DNA of 8,978 nucleotides from Selaginella moellendorffii (Eukaryota; Plantae; Lycopodiophyta): NCBI RefSeq assembly GCF_000143415.4, contig NW_003314273.1, positions 313,291 to 322,268 of the forward strand, read 5' to 3'. Shown piece by piece: positions 6,437 to 8,978 of this stretch (position 1 is its first letter; each line of letters starts with the position of its first letter). The notes under the pieces were generated by a model. It saw only the letters and a program-made list of their open reading frames with translations, ran no database searches and was not told where the DNA came from. The position numbers and the translations under genes were made by a program.

Positions 6437-7543
6437 AACTATTATTGCGGTTAACAGTTGAACGAAAAGGAACTCGAGGAGCTCAAGTGCCAACTTGAGG
6501 AGTTGGTGGAAAAAGGGTATGTTAAGTTGTGCAAGTTGCCGTATAGTGCACTAGTGTTATTTATAAAAAATAAAGATGGCTCTATGCGCATGTGCATAGA
6601 CTACTGGTTGCTTAACAAGTATACAAAGAAGAACAAGTACCCTTTACTAAGGATTGAGGACCTATTCGATAGGTTGGGGAAGGCAAAATACTTCTCGAGG
6701 ATTGACCTAAGGTCAAGATACTACTAGATCAGGGTAGTAGAGGAAGATGTTGAGAAGACAATTTGTTGGACAAGGTATGGAAACTTTGAGTTTTTAGTGA
6801 TGCCCTTTGGGCTATGCAATGCATCAGGAATGTTCTCGGCCCTAATGAACCACATTTTTGTAGATCATTTCGTGGTTGTCTACATTGACAATATCTTGAT
6901 CTATAGCGAGACACTAGAGGAGTATGTTGAACACTTGACAAAGGTGTTTAAAAAACTAAGGGAACACCAGAGTAAATGTGATTTTGCTTAACAAGAGGTA
7001 AAGTTTCTTGGGCATGTAGTGGGCAAGGACAGACTCAAGGTGGACCCTGAGAAGGTCCAAGCGATCCAAGAATAAGAACAACCATCAAATGTATATGAGT
7101 TAAGGGCATTCTTGGGGTTATGCAACTACTACCAAAAGTTTATCAAACATTATTTGAGAGTAACCTTACTTTTAACGGACCAAATTGGAAAAGGTAAGAT
7201 GGTATGAACAGTGGAATGTGAGGTGGCATTTGTCCACTTCAAAGGGAAGTTAAAAAAGGCTCCCATGTTAGCATTACCAGACTTTGGTAAGGACTTTGAG
7301 GTAAAAACGGATGTTTTAGATTTTGTGTTGGGTGTAGTTTTAAAGCAAGATAACCATTCAGTAGCATTCTTTTTGAAGAAGTTGAACAAAGTGCAGTGAA
7401 AGTGGCTTGCCCATGAGAAGGAATTATTTGCGGTAGGCAAGGCGCTCAAGGAGTGGCGACATTACCTTGGGAGACACTTTAAAGTTTATACAGATAATGT
7501 GGCAATGAAACACTTCTTGTCACAACCTGACCTGAGAGGGAAA

Positions 7544-7651
7544 TAGAGTCGGTGGGCCAATGCTTTGGCCAAGTTTGATTGCGAGCTTCTGTATAAACAG
7601 GGTCGGTGGGCCAATACTTTGGCTGAGTTTGATTGTGAGCTTTTGTATAAA
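7544..7651 (+). repeat. In-frame 54-bp tandem duplication in RNase H
   Basis: 7544-7597 vs 7598-7651, 47/54 identical (RWANALAKFDCELLYK / RWANTLAEFDCELLYK). Confidence 0.95.
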
Positions 7652-8423
7652 CTTAGGAAGAGTAACATTGTGGCAGATGTTCTAAGTTGAAAAGTAAGCT
7701 TGAAGTTGGCGATATCCAACGCGATAGCAACCTTTTGGCATGATGTGTAGACGGCGTATGAAAACGATGGTCTAGCACAAGAAGTGTTGCTAAGGAACCA
7801 AAAGGCGCGAGAGGGGAGCTGCCTATAAAAGAGAAGACAAGCTATGCAAAACACAATGAACTCATATATTATAAACAGACAAGGATGTATGTTCCACAAG
7901 GGGAGCTAAAGAAGGTAGCCTTAGAAGAGTGTCATGATGGACCTCTTGTGGGATATGGTGGAGTGCCCAAGACAATAGGCTTACTCAAAAGGAAGTATCA
8001 CTGATCAAATATAGCTAAAGATGTCCAAGACTATGTAAAGACATGTCCAACATGTCTAACATATCAGCAGGTCAAAGTCGTGACTAAGGCTAGTGGGGGC
8101 TTGTTACAAAGCTTGCCAATTCTAGATTATTCATGAAAATGTTTTATGATGGACTTCATCTTGAGACTCCTCCCAAGCGAGGGGTTTGATGTGATATTCA
8201 TGGTGGTGGATTGGCTTTTAAAGATAGCACATTTTATACCCACCACAATAAAAGTGGATATGGAAGGTGTAGTGAAGCTATTCTTTGAACAAAAGGTTTG
8301 AGTGTAAGGAATGCCAGAAGAGATTATTTTAGATAGATATAAGATCTTCACTAATAGGTTCTGGAGAATTCTCCTAGAACAGTATCGCACCAAGTTCAAA
8401 TTCAGCATAGCCTATCACCCATA

Positions 8424-8475
8424 GACAGGTATTGGGTATTAAGTCAAGTTTGATGGCGCTAACATTTCTTGACAG
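8424..8475. other. 42-bp insertion flanked by 5-bp duplication GACAG in the integrase core
   Basis: GACAG at 8424-8428 and 8471-8475. Removing 47 bp restores AYHP*TDGQ and the downstream frame. Confidence 0.9.
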
Positions 8476-8978
8476 ATGGACAAATGAAAAGGGTGAATAG
8501 GTAGCTAGAGGATTATTTGTGATGCTATATCTTCGGAGACTAAACTGATTGTATAAGTTATTTGGGACTTGCAAAAATGTGATATAACAACTCACCACAT
8601 TCTAGTATCGGGGTGAGTTCATAAGAAGTCATCAATGGGCAAGCTATTGAAAGTTTTATGGAACTCGGCGTGGCCGAGTATCATGGAGAGTTACCCATAG
8701 TGGAAGCGTTCAGGGTAGAAAGACTCAACATTTGGAATCTAGTGAGGGATTCTTTAGAACGGGCTCAACAAATGCAAACTAAATATGCGAACCAAAAGTG
8801 TTGGGATGTAAAGTTCCAACCTAAGGATAAGGTGTGGCTGAATACCAAGAATCTAAGGTTACCAAGTGGGATTAGTCGGAAGTTGACCCAAAGGTAAAAT
8901 GCATGTATTCCTGGATATGAACTACTCTTGAGTTCCTTAAGTAGGTTCACAAGGCCTTTATGAGATTGAGGCTCCAAT

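Larger units (their letters stand above)
6455..8897 (+). pseudogene. pol: Gypsy pol: RT (~6455-7230), RNase H (~7260-7690), integrase (~7850-8897)
   Basis: RT: [22 protein letters not shown] (YxDD mutated), FLGH, FLGLCNYY. RH: KTDV, HEKEL, YTDN, VADVLS. IN: CHD..GYGG..CPTC, MDF, AYHP*TDGQ, DKVWLNTKNL. RT-RH-IN order is Gypsy. Many stops, with frameshifts near 7800 and 8430. Confidence 0.96.

Noticed and set aside
6103-8977. Minus-strand ORFs opposite gag/pol
   Set aside because: Antisense shadows of the pseudogene with no independent coding signal.
1-8978. Fungal RIP as the cause of the C>T excess
   Set aside because: The PBS sequences are plant tRNA-iMet type, and changes span CG, CHG and CHH without a clear CpA restriction.

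Overview
No host gene is visible. The window is a nest of decayed Ty3/Gypsy (chromovirus-type) LTR retrotransposon pieces from a eukaryote. The primer-binding sites match plant initiator tRNA-Met, and the canonical chromodomain and all-context C>T decay suggest a non-seed plant such as a moss (inference). Left to right: a PPT plus a ~887-bp LTR (16-902) with a 5S-rRNA-like segment; a minus-strand 3' UTR remnant; a plus-strand RT pseudogene split by a TSD-flanked 894-bp LTR insertion (1986-2879); a complete 674-bp TRIM (3192-3865: 162-bp LTRs, PBS, PPT, 5-bp TSD) inserted into the 3' LTR of a minus-strand chromovirus (integrase C-terminus plus chromodomain, 4827-5480); a 12-bp minisatellite; a 100-N gap; then LTR end, PBS, gag and RT-RH-IN of another Gypsy element with an internal deletion and repair scars. 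The most interesting signal is in the TRIM: a perfect tRNA T-arm/B-box right after the PBS, an A-box match inside the LTR, and no TTTT until the 3' LTR. This suggests a Pol III promoter assembled only at the 5' LTR/internal junction, or alternatively an extended tRNA-primer pairing signal. All alignments and counts were done by eye.
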